DNA of 64,000 bases from an uncultured Phaeobacter sp. (GCA_964633145.1 CAZWFE010000001.1:73690-137689), one strand, 5' to 3'; positions 11,243 to 21,744 are shown, counted from the stretch's first letter. Notes: a model not told the origin generated them from the letters alone. Program-made: numbers and translations.

Positions 11243-12007
11243 TTATTCTGTGCCCGACGGTACAATAAACCCGAATTGATCAAAAACGTCACGCGCGGCA
11301 GCAGAAATCAAAAAATCATAGAAAGATTGCGCGGCTGCGTTTTGCGTCAGAACCACAGCGGGATATGCGATCGGTTCATGGCTGTGCAGGGGCAGTTCCG
11401 CCAATACGGCCACTTTGGATTCGGACAGCGCGTCTGTTTTATAGATTATTCCATAATCTACGGCGCCAAGTGCGACCAACCCCAATGCTGCGCGCACATT
11501 ATCTGATTGGATTATATTTGGTGATACCAGATCCCAAACATCCAAATGTGTCAGAGCAGCCTTGGCATAAATACCTGCGGGGACCGCATCAACCATAGCC
11601 AGCGCAATGCGTTTCGACCCGATGGCGGTGGCCCAATCGGTCCATGCGGTCAACGGATCATCGGACACATTCGCCGGCTGGACCAAAACCAATTGATTGG
11701 ATGCCAAAACCGTTGCGGGTTGGTTTACGGCGATGCCATGGGTTTGCAGAAACGTGACCCAATCGGCATTGGCAGACACAAAAATATCCGCAGGCGCGCC
11801 CATTTGAATTTGACGCGCCAATGTGGATGATCCGGCATAGGATACGACAATATCATCTGGGGCGGGATAGCGGTTGATCACCTCGTCCAAGACATTGCGC
11901 AAACTTGCGGCCGCAAAAACAGTAATCTGTTCCGCATGCAACGGCGCCCCGATACTCAGGGCTATGATTAATATCAGTCGGGTAAGGGTCATCACATCGC
12001 CTTGCAT
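11243..12007 (-). CDS. modA: ModA-family (molybdate/tungstate type) periplasmic substrate-binding protein, no modBC nearby
   Basis: The signal peptide is followed by ITVFAAASLRNVLDEVI ... VSYAGSSTLARQIQMGAPADIFVSAN, characteristic ModA motifs. An alternative ATG lies at 11992. Confidence 0.7.
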   Translation of the reverse strand: MQGDVMTLTRLILIIALSIGAPLHAEQITVFAAASLRNVLDEVINRYPAPDDIVVSYAGSSTLARQIQMGAPADIFVSANADWVTFLQTHGIAVNQPATVLASNQLVLVQPANVSDDPLTAWTDWATAIGSKRIALAMVDAVPAGIYAKAALTHLDVWDLVSPNIIQSDNVRAALGLVALGAVDYGIIYKTDALSESKVAVLAELPLHSHEPIAYPAVVLTQNAAAQSFYDFLISAAARDVFDQFGFIVPSGTE

Positions 12008-12195
12008 GTTGTATTTCGAAATTGGGTCGGTGTTTGGACCGTTTTGTGGTTACATTGACGAAAGATGCAACAGGCTGCAACAGGGCACGCCGAATTCTGC
12101 CATACCCTCTGAAAAATGGGCGAATATGTGCGATTTTCACTTTTATTCTGCGGTTTCTGTTTGCATAGTGGATCAAACGAAAAAAGGTGAACATT

Positions 12196-13677
12196 ATGAC
12201 AAAATTCGTATTGGCCATTGATCAGGGCACAACGTCAACGCGGGCAATATTGTTTGACGCAAACATGTCCATTCACGCCGTGTCGCAACAGGAATTTACC
12301 CAACATTTTCCCCAATCGGGATGGGTCGAACATGATCCGATGGATCTGTGGCAAACCACATTGGACACCTGTCGCGATGTGATGGCCGGGGCTGGTGTTA
12401 CGGCCGATGATATTGTGTCGATTGGCATTACAAACCAACGCGAAACAACATTGGTTTGGGATCGTGCCACGGGCAAACCCATTCACAATGCGATCGTTTG
12501 GCAGGATCGGCGCACATCGGACATGTGCCAAACGCTAAAGGCGGCGGGCCATGAACCAATGATCACCGAACAAACGGGCCTGTTATTGGATCCCTATTTC
12601 AGTGGGACCAAGGTGAAATATATTCTGGACACCGTTCCAGGTGCGCGTGATGCGGCGCGGGCAGGGCAGTTGGCCTTTGGCACAGTGGATACGTGGTTGA
12701 TTTGGAACCTAACGGATGGGGCGCGTCATGTGACAGATGCCACCAATGCGGCGCGCACACTGCTGTATGATATCCGTAACGGAGTGTGGAGCGATGATAT
12801 CTGCGCCCTGCTGGACATCCCGCAATCCATGTTGCCAGACGTGCTGGACTGCGCCGCTGATTTCGGCGCAACCACCGTTTTGGGCGGAACCATCGCCATT
12901 AGCGGTGTTGCGGGCGATCAGCAGGCGGCCACCATTGGACAGGCCTGTTTTGATGCAGGTATGATGAAATCCACCTATGGCACGGGGTGCTTTGCCCTGT
13001 TGAACACGGGTGATCAGATGGTGGCCTCACAAAACCGTATGTTGACCACCATTGCCTATCAATTAAACGGCAAAACCACCTATGCGCTTGAGGGGTCCAT
13101 ATTCATCGCGGGTGCCGTGGTGCAATGGCTGCGCGATGGGATGAAAATCATCTCTAACGCGGGGGAAACGGCTGATTTGGCGGATCAGGCGGATGATGGT
13201 CAGAATGTGATTATCGTGCCTGCCTTTACCGGATTGGGCGCGCCCTATTGGAATGCGGATTGCCGTGGTGCGGTCTATGGCTTGACCCGCAATTCGGGGC
13301 CGGCGGAATTTGCCCGCGCCGCATTGCAAAGCGTGGGGTATCAAACCCGCGATCTGTTGTCTGCGATGCAGGACGATTGGGGCGCATCGGGCAACACCAC
13401 ATTACGCGTCGATGGCGGCATGACGGCGTCGGATTGGGCGATGCAATTTCTGTCGGATATCATCGACGCCCCCGTGGATCGCCCCCGCGTATTGGAAACC
13501 ACGGCGATGGGGGCTGCGTGGCTGGCGGGCCAAGAAACGGGGTTTTATCCTGACCAAGCGGGCTTTGCCGCGAATTGGGTGTTGGACAAAACATTTACCC
13601 CCGCGATGGACGGCGAAACACGCGATCGCAAATATAGCGATTGGAAACGCGCCGTTGCGGCCACGCTGATGTATTAA
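12196..13677 (+). CDS. glpK: glycerol kinase
   Basis: The N-terminus is [21 protein letters not shown] and [13 protein letters not shown] follows, fitting the FGGY kinase family. The ATG at 12196 lies 6 nt after AAGGTG; the track ORF starts at a GTG at 12187. Confidence 0.95.
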   Translation: MTKFVLAIDQGTTSTRAILFDANMSIHAVSQQEFTQHFPQSGWVEHDPMDLWQTTLDTCRDVMAGAGVTADDIVSIGITNQRETTLVWDRATGKPIHNAIVWQDRRTSDMCQTLKAAGHEPMITEQTGLLLDPYFSGTKVKYILDTVPGARDAARAGQLAFGTVDTWLIWNLTDGARHVTDATNAARTLLYDIRNGVWSDDICALLDIPQSMLPDVLDCAADFGATTVLGGTIAISGVAGDQQAATIGQACFDAGMMKSTYGTGCFALLNTGDQMVASQNRMLTTIAYQLNGKTTYALEGSIFIAGAVVQWLRDGMKIISNAGETADLADQADDGQNVIIVPAFTGLGAPYWNADCRGAVYGLTRNSGPAEFARAALQSVGYQTRDLLSAMQDDWGASGNTTLRVDGGMTASDWAMQFLSDIIDAPVDRPRVLETTAMGAAWLAGQETGFYPDQAGFAANWVLDKTFTPAMDGETRDRKYSDWKRAVAATLMY

Positions 13678-14789
13678 AGCGGCCCTGTTTCGTACAAACA
13701 CACCTTGATCCCGCCATGTGAAATTGGCGGGGTGGTGGGTTTGAACGTCAATCCCGTGGCCTTGGCCAGACCGGCATCATTGGTGATGATCCCTACACGC
13801 CAACCGCGGAAATTCTGGGTCAATGTTTGACCCATCGCACCATAAAGCGAAAACAACATCTTGCGATCCCCAATCCGTCCACCATAGGGCGGATTCAGGA
13901 TGACAATGCCATTTTTCGCAGAATTAGACACTGATTCAGGGGCGGCCGCATCGGAAATGGCAGCGCGCTGGAACGTGCAAATATCATCGACGCCTGCGCG
14001 TTTTGCATTGGCTTGGGACATGGCAATCGCGCCTTGGTCGCGGTCAGATCCGTAAAACCGCGGGTCTATATCGCGGGTCTGAACCGCTGATTTCATCGCA
14101 TCCCACGCCTGCGCATCAAAGCTGGCCAGTTGTTCAAATCCAAAACTGCGGCTGCGTCCGGGGGCCAGCCCGCGCGCCCATTCTGCCGCCTCAATCACAA
14201 AGGTGCCGGAACCACACATCGGGTCATAAACAGGCTGCGTTCCGTCATAGCCCATTTGACGCAAAAACACGGCGGCCAATGTTTCGCGCATGGGCGCTTT
14301 GTTCACCGCCTCTTTGTGGCCGCGTTTGTGCAGGGATTCACCGGATGTATCGATAGAAACAGACACTAAATCATCAAAAATGCGTGTTTTGATGACGATA
14401 GCAGCATCCTTGGAAATCGGGGCGCCAATGGTTTCACGAATGGCAGTTTCGATGCGTTGTTGTGCGGCGCCTGCGTGATAAATCTTGGATTTGCGACAGG
14501 TTGCTTCGACGCGGACGGGGGTATCGGGGCGCAGGATGCTGGCCCAATCAATTTTGCGGGCACGTTTGTCCAGTTGCGCCAAATGCATTGCGCGAAACGA
14601 TCCGATGCGCGCCAAAACCCGCGTGACCCCGCGCAACACCAAATTCGCGCGCCAAACGTCTGGCCAATCGCCAGTAAATTCCACACCGCCATCCACAATA
14701 CGGGCGGATGTGAAACCGGCCTCTAATGCCTCAGCCAGAACCAGCGGTTCGTGGCTGGGCGCGCAGACTAAAAATATATCAAAGCTCAT
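13674..14789 (-). CDS. THUMP-domain class I SAM-dependent RNA methyltransferase (RlmL/UPF0020-like)
   Basis: 371 aa. It has a SAM-binding motif ([14 protein letters not shown]) and a catalytic NPPYG motif ([11 protein letters not shown]). It overlaps the upstream decarboxylase gene by 4 nt. Confidence 0.8.
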   Translation of the reverse strand: MSFDIFLVCAPSHEPLVLAEALEAGFTSARIVDGGVEFTGDWPDVWRANLVLRGVTRVLARIGSFRAMHLAQLDKRARKIDWASILRPDTPVRVEATCRKSKIYHAGAAQQRIETAIRETIGAPISKDAAIVIKTRIFDDLVSVSIDTSGESLHKRGHKEAVNKAPMRETLAAVFLRQMGYDGTQPVYDPMCGSGTFVIEAAEWARGLAPGRSRSFGFEQLASFDAQAWDAMKSAVQTRDIDPRFYGSDRDQGAIAMSQANAKRAGVDDICTFQRAAISDAAAPESVSNSAKNGIVILNPPYGGRIGDRKMLFSLYGAMGQTLTQNFRGWRVGIITNDAGLAKATGLTFKPTTPPISHGGIKVCLYETGPL

Positions 14790-16204
14790 GTTCGGTCCAA
14801 TGTCTGGGCAATATTGCAGATGACGTCATAGGCCATATCTACATCTGCCAATGTTGTATCAAATTGACCAACGGAAAACCGGATTACTTTGGCCCCGTCA
14901 ATTAGGGTTTGGGTCACATAGGTGCGCCCATCGTCGTTGATTGCGTCGACCAAGCGTTGGTTTAGGTCATCCAAGTCGTCATCCCCCTGCGGGGCAAAGC
15001 GGAATGTAAACAGCGACAGGATCGGGTCGGTGACAATTTCGAAATTCGGTGTCTGTGACAGGCGGTTTGCCATATGTTCGGCCCATGCCACATGGTTGCG
15101 AATGCGATTGCGCAATTCGGCCAAGCCATAGTTGCGCAACATAAACCACAGTTTCAGCGCCCGAAACCGACGACCCAAGGGGACAGACCATTCGGAATAA
15201 TTGATAAATCCACCCGCCCCATGGGTTTTCAGGTATTCGGGCTGGATCGCCAGCGTTTTCGTTAAATCCGCAGGGGATTTCAGGAAATGCGCGCAGCAAT
15301 CAAATTGCACGCCCAGCCATTTGTGCGGGTTAAATACAATGCTGTCTGCGCGATCCGCGCCTTGCCATAGATGGCGATATTCGGGGCAGATCATGGCCGA
15401 TCCGGCCCAAGCGGCATCAATGTGCGTGTAAAGATCGAATTCGCCAGCAATATCCATGATGGCATCAATTTGGTCGCATGCACCCATGCCAGTGGCCCCG
15501 ACACAGGCGATAATCCCTGCTGGACTGTATCCTGCCGCTTTATCGTCTAATATCGCCTGACGAAGGGCGCTTGGGTCCATGGAACGCAATTTACCGGCAA
15601 CCGGTATGCGCACAATGTTGTCGCCGCCGATACCTGATATCCATACGGCGCGATCAATGGATGAATGTACTTCGCTGCTGCAATAAACACGCAGGCGGGG
15701 TTGCGCAGATAATCCTGCGCTGTTGCCTGACCAATTCAGGGCGCGTTCGCGCATGGTCAGCACGGCGGCCAATGTGGCGCCTGATGCGCTGTCTTGGATC
15801 ACGCCGGAAAATCCGGTGTTCAGCCCCACAGCTTGGCGCAGCCAATCCAGCGTTTTGGTTTCCATTTCCGTGGCCGCAGGCGATGTTTGCCACAACATAC
15901 ATTGCGCCGCCATAATCGATGCCGCCTGTTCGGCCAACATACTGGGTGGTGTGGCATTGGCGGGGAAATAGGCGAAAAACCGGGGATGTTGCCAATGGGT
16001 CATACCGGGCAGCACAATGGATTGGAAATCATTCCAAATATCGCGCATGTCCTGACCGGTTTCTGGGGCGCTATCGGCCAATTGGGCTGCAATATCGCCG
16101 GGTTTCGATTGCGCGCGCACGGGTAAATCACGAATGTTTTCATGATATTTTGCGCCCCAATCGGCGATTTCTTTCGCCCATTGGCGATATTCGTCCCAGT
16201 TCAT
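14786..16204 (-). CDS. PLP-dependent group II decarboxylase (aromatic-L-amino-acid decarboxylase-like)
   Basis: 472 aa. The PLP-lysine motif is SIVFNPHKWLGVQFDC. The N-terminal region (GMTHWQHPRFFAYFPA) is typical of DOPA/aromatic amino acid decarboxylases. Confidence 0.85.
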   Translation of the reverse strand: MNWDEYRQWAKEIADWGAKYHENIRDLPVRAQSKPGDIAAQLADSAPETGQDMRDIWNDFQSIVLPGMTHWQHPRFFAYFPANATPPSMLAEQAASIMAAQCMLWQTSPAATEMETKTLDWLRQAVGLNTGFSGVIQDSASGATLAAVLTMRERALNWSGNSAGLSAQPRLRVYCSSEVHSSIDRAVWISGIGGDNIVRIPVAGKLRSMDPSALRQAILDDKAAGYSPAGIIACVGATGMGACDQIDAIMDIAGEFDLYTHIDAAWAGSAMICPEYRHLWQGADRADSIVFNPHKWLGVQFDCCAHFLKSPADLTKTLAIQPEYLKTHGAGGFINYSEWSVPLGRRFRALKLWFMLRNYGLAELRNRIRNHVAWAEHMANRLSQTPNFEIVTDPILSLFTFRFAPQGDDDLDDLNQRLVDAINDDGRTYVTQTLIDGAKVIRFSVGQFDTTLADVDMAYDVICNIAQTLDRT

Positions 16205-16210
16205 TGTAAA

Positions 16211-16696
16211 TTACACCAAATCGTTCGCCAGTTCGGCGACGACCTGCGCATAGACATCGCGTTTGAACGGTACAATCCGGTCTGCCAACTCGCCAGCGGG
16301 CAGCCATTGCCATTGCGAAAATTCCGGGTGTTCGGTTTCGATGTTGATATCCGCGTCGGTCCCGTGGAACGTCAGGCGAAACCATTTCTGTTTTTGGCCA
16401 CGATATTTGCCGCCCCAAATCTGGGGGATCATTTCCAATGGCAGGTCATAGGCCACCCAATCCGCCGTTTCGGAATGAATATCCACCAAATCAGGCGTAA
16501 CGCCGGTTTCCTCGGTCAATTCGCGCAGGGCTGCATCACGCGGGGTTTCGCCCGCATCGATGCCACCTTGGGGCATTTGCCATGCGTCTGAATTGTTGTC
16601 CAAGCGCTGGGCCACGAAAACGTGACCCGACGCATTGACCAACATGATGCCCACGTTTTCACGATAGGGCAGTGTATCGATATTGATCTGGCCCAT
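16211..16696 (-). CDS. rppH: RNA pyrophosphohydrolase (Nudix)
   Basis: 161 aa. [13 protein letters not shown] and the Nudix box [23 protein letters not shown] are present. Confidence 0.9.
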   Translation of the reverse strand: MGQINIDTLPYRENVGIMLVNASGHVFVAQRLDNNSDAWQMPQGGIDAGETPRDAALRELTEETGVTPDLVDIHSETADWVAYDLPLEMIPQIWGGKYRGQKQKWFRLTFHGTDADINIETEHPEFSQWQWLPAGELADRIVPFKRDVYAQVVAELANDLV

Positions 16697-18027
16697 TATT
16701 TCGCCATCTCGATTGCGGACAAACCTTTCAGAATATCAATGGCATAGGCCAGCTGATAATCTTCGTCGCGTAGCTTTGCGCTTTCTTCGGCCTTGGCACG
16801 GTCCTCTTCGATTTGGCGGATCTCATCTTCGCTTAGGCTGTCATTTGACAACGACCCGCGCAGATCAGCTTCGGAACGGGTGGGGCGATCGTCTTCGTCC
16901 TCAGGCTCGACCGAGCGGCGGGGCTGTTTGACGATGATGTCAGGCGACACGCCCAGATTTTGGATTGACCGGCCCGATGGCGTGTAATAGCGCGCCGTCG
17001 TCAACCGCATTGCACCGCTGCCGCGCAGTGGCATGACGGTTTGGACCGATCCTTTGCCGAAACTTTTGGTGCCCACAACAATCGCGCGGCGATGGTCCTG
17101 CAATGCGCCGGCCACGATTTCGGATGCAGATGCGGACCCGCCGTTAATCAACACGACGATCGGTTTGCCATCAATCAGATCGCCCGCCTTGGCGTTGAAC
17201 CGTTCGCCATCGTTGGGATCACGACCACGGGTGGATACGATTTCACCCTTTTCAAGGAATGCGTCGGATACACGGATCGCTTGGGTCAACAATCCGCCGG
17301 GATTGTTGCGCAGATCCAAAACAACGCCATTGATGTTGTCGATGCCGCCGGCCGCTTCGATTTGTTCGGCCAACCCGTCTGCCATATTGTCATAGGTGTT
17401 GTCGTTAAATGTGGTGACACGCAAGACAACTGTTTCACCTTCGGAGCGGGCACGCGCCGCGGTCAGTTGGATGGTGTCGCGGATGATTGAAACATCAAAC
17501 GGCTCGGTTTCGCCTTCGCGTACGACTGTGATGATAATTTCGGACCCGACTGGCCCGCGCATGCGATCGACAGCTTCGTTCAAAGTTAGGCCAAGCACGC
17601 TTTCGCCATCAACATGGGTGATGAAATCACCAGCCTCGATGCCGGCGGCATCGGCGGGCGTGTCGTCAATGGGGGACACCACTTTGACATAGCCTTCTTC
17701 TTGGGTGACCTCAATGCCCAGTCCACCAAATTCGCCACGGGTCTGTGTCCGCATATCGGCCGCATCATCGGGCGATAGATAGCTGGAATGCGGATCCAAT
17801 GATGTCAGCATACCATTGATGGCTGCTTCGATCAGGTCGCTTGCGTCAACTTCTTCTACGTATTCAGAACGAATGCGATCAAAGATACTGCCAAATAAAT
17901 CAAGCTGCTGATATACGTTATCTTTGTTTGCCTTTTCTTGAGCTAATAGCGGACCAGCCATTTGTGTGGCGGCGCCTAGTCCGACCAGACATCCAAAGCC
18001 GGTTGCCAGAATGATTTTCTTGATCAT
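16696..18027 (-). CDS. ctpA: carboxy-terminal processing protease (S41 family)
   Basis: 443 aa. It has a PDZ region ([36 protein letters not shown]) and S41 catalytic motifs ([17 protein letters not shown] ... SFGKGSVQ). Confidence 0.9.
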   Translation of the reverse strand: MIKKIILATGFGCLVGLGAATQMAGPLLAQEKANKDNVYQQLDLFGSIFDRIRSEYVEEVDASDLIEAAINGMLTSLDPHSSYLSPDDAADMRTQTRGEFGGLGIEVTQEEGYVKVVSPIDDTPADAAGIEAGDFITHVDGESVLGLTLNEAVDRMRGPVGSEIIITVVREGETEPFDVSIIRDTIQLTAARARSEGETVVLRVTTFNDNTYDNMADGLAEQIEAAGGIDNINGVVLDLRNNPGGLLTQAIRVSDAFLEKGEIVSTRGRDPNDGERFNAKAGDLIDGKPIVVLINGGSASASEIVAGALQDHRRAIVVGTKSFGKGSVQTVMPLRGSGAMRLTTARYYTPSGRSIQNLGVSPDIIVKQPRRSVEPEDEDDRPTRSEADLRGSLSNDSLSEDEIRQIEEDRAKAEESAKLRDEDYQLAYAIDILKGLSAIEMAK

Positions 18028-19178
18028 TTTTTATCTCCTATGCGGAACCACTCGGTGGGGTCCTGCGGTTCTTGGTCTTGGCGAATTTCAATGTAAAGGG
18101 TTTCTGAACGGATTGTCCCCATATTTTCTGCAGTTTGATCTAAGATTGCGTCAATTGTTTGCGAATTTCCACCCATCATTCCAATTGGGCTGCCCGCTGG
18201 GACAACTTGCCCAATTTCACCAAAGGCCTGTGCAAGGCCTGCAATAATAAATAGGACGCCCGTTTGCGGTTCCAATATTGTGACCAAACCATAATCCAAT
18301 AAAGGGCCGCGATAGCGAATTGTTGCAGCCGTTGGGGATGTGACAATCGCTTGGGCGGGTGTTGCAACAATCACGCCAGGACGTACAATCCCCGCAGCGT
18401 CGGGTTCGTTGAAATAACGTATGACCCGACCGGGGACTGGCAATGGCAGCGAACCTTTGCGATCCAGGATCGAGGGCAAGCTGTTTTGCGCCATGTCCAC
18501 GGCGATCAGGTCTAAGCCTTGGGCAAAAATGGCCAAGGTATCAGAGGCCGCAAGCAAGATTTCCGTTTGCTTTGGGTCCGCGGTAAAGCGTTTGGGCAAA
18601 TCTGTTCTGTCAGTAATGGCGCGTGTCAATTCCGTGCGCGCCGTTTGCAATTGGGATAGCCCATCGGTGAGGTCCTGAAAAATTTGCGCCTGTAAATCAT
18701 TCAGATAGACCAAAGTTTCCATTTCTGATCGCAGCCTGTCGACCTTGGCGCGCAGTGCGGGAATGATGTCTGCGACCAACATGGATGCGCGCGCCGTGGT
18801 CAAGGGGCCGTCGGGATGCAGGATTTGTGTCTGAACAGGTGCTTTGTCGATGGTCAGTAACACGCCAAGCAGGCGGGCATAGGTGTCCTCTTGTGCGTCC
18901 AAACGGTTTTGTAGGCCAGATTTTTGCGTGGTTACATTGCGCAGGCTGTCGCGAAGAATGGCCAAGCCCTGTTCAAAGCTGGTGATCGTTTCCGTCAAGG
19001 CGCGCACGCGATCCTTGGCGGATTTGGATTTTTCCAGCGCGATTTGCGCCTGTGCCACATTCTGCGCAGCCTGTTGTGCCTGCTGCGCAAGTTGTTCCAA
19101 GGTTTGCGCGGACCCAGGTGTTGTCACAACACCATAGCACAATAACAGTGCAAAGAGGCTACGCATCAGGTGGGTCAT
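18024..19178 (-). CDS. EnvC-like murein hydrolase activator (coiled coil plus degenerate M23/LytM domain)
   Basis: 384 aa. A signal peptide is followed by a long Q/A/L-rich coiled-coil region. The C-terminal LytM-like domain lacks obvious HxxxD/HxH metal ligands. The gpmI-envC-ctpA synteny is conserved. Confidence 0.7.
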   Translation of the reverse strand: MTHLMRSLFALLLCYGVVTTPGSAQTLEQLAQQAQQAAQNVAQAQIALEKSKSAKDRVRALTETITSFEQGLAILRDSLRNVTTQKSGLQNRLDAQEDTYARLLGVLLTIDKAPVQTQILHPDGPLTTARASMLVADIIPALRAKVDRLRSEMETLVYLNDLQAQIFQDLTDGLSQLQTARTELTRAITDRTDLPKRFTADPKQTEILLAASDTLAIFAQGLDLIAVDMAQNSLPSILDRKGSLPLPVPGRVIRYFNEPDAAGIVRPGVIVATPAQAIVTSPTAATIRYRGPLLDYGLVTILEPQTGVLFIIAGLAQAFGEIGQVVPAGSPIGMMGGNSQTIDAILDQTAENMGTIRSETLYIEIRQDQEPQDPTEWFRIGDKK

Positions 19179-20698
19179 AACACTAACAAACTGTTCCCTG
19201 TCATTTCATCGGGTTTTTCCAGCCCCATCAGCTGCAACAGGGTCGGGGCCAAATCGGCCAATCGTCCGCCATTGCGCAATGTTGCCCCATCGGGCCCGCC
19301 AAACAGGATGACGGGGACCAAATTGGTGGTATGCGCCGTATGGGGCCCGCCCGTTTCGGGGTCGGTCATGGTTTCGCAATTTCCGTGGTCCGCCGTGACG
19401 ATCATTGCACCGCCTGCGTCCCGCAGGGCGGCGATGACCTGTCCCAAACCTTGGTCAACGGCTTCGCAGGCGCGCATGGCCGCGTCTAGATCACCGGTAT
19501 GGCCAACCATATCTGGATTGGCATAGTTGGTGACGATCAGGTCATAGCCCTTGTGAATGGCTGTGACAAATTCTTGGGTGACTTCGGGTGCGGACATTTC
19601 GGGTTGCAGATCATATGTGGCCACGGCCGGCGATTTCGGCATGGCGCGGTCTTCGCCCTGTTCGGGGGTTTCTTTGCCACCGTTCAGGAAAAATGTCACA
19701 TGGGGATATTTTTCGGTTTCCGCCAAACGGAATTGGGTTTTGCCCTGTTTGGCGACCCATTCCCCCAAGGTATTTACGATTTTTTGTTTGGGATAGCAGG
19801 TGGTCATATAGGCATTGTGATCCGTCGAATATTCCACCATGCCCAGCAGTGCGGCCCAATCTGGGCGGGTGCCTGTGTCAAAATCGGCAAAGCCTTGTTC
19901 CCCAATCGCACGCAGAATTTCACGCGCGCGGTCGGCGCGGAAATTCAGACAGAACAACCCGTCCCCTGATTTTGCGCCTTGGTATCCGTTGATCACAGTG
20001 GCGGGGATGAATTCGTCGGTTTTGCCATCCTGATACGATTGTGTGATTGCCGTAATTGCGTCAGGTGCTGTTATCGTTGCCGTGCCATCCACCATCGCAT
20101 GATAGGCCGTTGAAACGCGTTCCCAACGGTTATCGCGATCCATGGCATAATACCGCCCCGTAACGGTTGCCACAAAAACGCCTTGGGGCAGTCGTTGGAC
20201 AAGGTCTTGCATATATCCTTGTGCTGAACTTGGCGCGACATCGCGCCCGTCCGTGATTGCGTGCAAAACAGTTGGGATATTCGCATCCGAGAGCGCGCGT
20301 AGTGCGGCAAGTACGTGTTCAATATGCCCATGGACACCGCCATCGGACACGACACCCATCACATGAGCTGTGCCGCCCGATTTGCGCAGTGTCGCGATGA
20401 AATCTGTCAGTGCGGCATTGGTAAAAAAGCTGCCATCCTCGACCGCAAGGTCGATTTGTCCTAGGTCCATAGCGACCACGCGGCCTGCGCCGATATTTGT
20501 ATGGCCAACTTCGGAATTGCCCATTTGTCCGCTGGGCAAGCCCACATCACGACCGTGCGTGATCAGGGTCGCATTGGGACATTCTGCCATCAGCTGATCA
20601 AAGTTCGGGGTGCGCGCCAAAGCGGGCGCATTTGCGCCCGTTTCATCGCGTTTGCCCCACCCATCAAGGATACAGAGTACAACAGGTTTTCGTGTCAT
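19175..20698 (-). CDS. gpmI: 2,3-bisphosphoglycerate-independent phosphoglycerate mutase
   Basis: 507 aa. Motifs seen are VVLCILDGWG, MGNSEVGHTNIGAGR and TADHGNCE. Confidence 0.95.
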   Translation of the reverse strand: MTRKPVVLCILDGWGKRDETGANAPALARTPNFDQLMAECPNATLITHGRDVGLPSGQMGNSEVGHTNIGAGRVVAMDLGQIDLAVEDGSFFTNAALTDFIATLRKSGGTAHVMGVVSDGGVHGHIEHVLAALRALSDANIPTVLHAITDGRDVAPSSAQGYMQDLVQRLPQGVFVATVTGRYYAMDRDNRWERVSTAYHAMVDGTATITAPDAITAITQSYQDGKTDEFIPATVINGYQGAKSGDGLFCLNFRADRAREILRAIGEQGFADFDTGTRPDWAALLGMVEYSTDHNAYMTTCYPKQKIVNTLGEWVAKQGKTQFRLAETEKYPHVTFFLNGGKETPEQGEDRAMPKSPAVATYDLQPEMSAPEVTQEFVTAIHKGYDLIVTNYANPDMVGHTGDLDAAMRACEAVDQGLGQVIAALRDAGGAMIVTADHGNCETMTDPETGGPHTAHTTNLVPVILFGGPDGATLRNGGRLADLAPTLLQLMGLEKPDEMTGNSLLVL

Positions 20699-20818
20699 TA
20701 TGGTGCCTTTGTTCGGATGGTATGTGTTTAGGGCGGATTTTATTTAATCACAAGCGCTGCGCGGGGTGCCGCGTTGCGATGTGAGTATTTTGGCAAAAAT
20801 GAAAGACCTGTGGGGAGA

Positions 20819-20896
20819 TCAGATCCCCGGGACGAGGGGCACGCCACAAGCGGTTAGAGTTGCAAGAGTTAGTGTGAATAAAATGAATTTGGTCAT
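20819..20896 (-). CDS. candidate 25-aa mini-lipoprotein (below the ORF-track size cut-off)
   Basis: My translation is MTKFILFTLTLATLTACGVPLVPGI*. It has a positively charged n-region, a hydrophobic core and a lipobox (L-T-A-C). It starts 15 nt after the rlmH stop. The SD is weak. No homology evidence is available. Confidence 0.25.
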   Translation of the reverse strand: MTKFILFTLTLATLTACGVPLVPGI

Positions 20897-20910
20897 ATTA
20901 AGTCCGATCT

Positions 20911-21381
20911 TTATGTTCTGTGGTAGGGTGATCCGGCCAATATTGTTGAGGCGCGGTAGATTTGTTCGCAAAGCATGACACGCGCCAGCATGTGGGGCCA
21001 GACCATTTTTCCAAAAGAGATGGAAAAGTCTGCTTGTGCGCGCAAGTTGGGGTCGATGCCGTCTGCGCCCCCAATGATGATTGCCAAGTCTGAGGTGCCT
21101 GTGTCACGCCAGCGGCCCAATTGGTTGGCAAAATCGGGTGAGGAGATCAGCTGGCCGCGTTCATCAAGGGTGCAAAGTTTTGCGCCCTTGGGGATTGCGC
21201 GTTTTAGCAGTTCGGCCTCGGCTGTCATGCCGAGGTTTTTTTTGTCTTCGACTTCGATAATTTGAGCAGGGGCGAACCCCAAGTTGCGACCTGATTTATT
21301 AAACCGGTCAAGGTAATCAGATAATAAATCAAGTTCCGGACCGCGTCTGAGGCGGCCCACAGCACATATGGTGATACGCAT
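20911..21381 (-). CDS. rlmH: 23S rRNA (pseudouridine1915-N3)-methyltransferase
   Basis: 156 aa SPOUT-family protein. It begins MRITICAVGRL and contains IIGGADG. It is adjacent to rsfS, as in most bacteria. Confidence 0.9.
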   Translation of the reverse strand: MRITICAVGRLRRGPELDLLSDYLDRFNKSGRNLGFAPAQIIEVEDKKNLGMTAEAELLKRAIPKGAKLCTLDERGQLISSPDFANQLGRWRDTGTSDLAIIIGGADGIDPNLRAQADFSISFGKMVWPHMLARVMLCEQIYRASTILAGSPYHRT

Positions 21382-21390
21382 TTTATTGGG

Positions 21391-21744
21391 TTATGCTTGG
21401 CTTTGCGGTAGCCACATTTTTTCCAACTGATAAAATTCGCGAACCTCGGGGCGGAAAATATGGACGATGACGTCGCCCGTATCAATCAAAACCCAATCAC
21501 CTGTTTCTTTGCCCTCGACTTTGCAAAGTCTGGCGTGATCTTGTTTCAAACGATCTGCCAGTTTTTCGGCGATGGATGAAACCTGGCGTGATGAACGTCC
21601 GGAGGCGATAACCATATAATCGCCAATAGATGATTTTCCGCGCAGGTCGATTTGCACGACCTCTTCGGCTTTGTCATCGTCAAGGGATTTCAAGATTACG
21701 GCCAGCAGTTCTTCGCTGGTGATTTTTGTCGTTCCGCCCGTCAT
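21391..21744 (-). CDS. rsfS: ribosome silencing factor
   Basis: 117 aa. Motifs are DDKAEEVVQIDL, DYMVIASGRSSRQV and WVLIDTGDVIVHIF. A CTG-initiated N-terminal extension is possible (see findings). Confidence 0.9.
   Translation of the reverse strand: MTGGTTKITSEELLAVILKSLDDDKAEEVVQIDLRGKSSIGDYMVIASGRSSRQVSSIAEKLADRLKQDHARLCKVEGKETGDWVLIDTGDVIVHIFRPEVREFYQLEKMWLPQSQA

Noticed and set aside
12190-12206. An identical 17-mer, AACATTATGACAAAATT, spans the start codons of glpK (12190-12206) and yhhQ (36470-36486).
   Set aside because: A back-of-envelope expectation for one such same-strand 17-mer match in 64 kb is about 0.1. Both simply encode M-T-K-(F/L). No flanking similarity or structure suggests a shared regulatory element.
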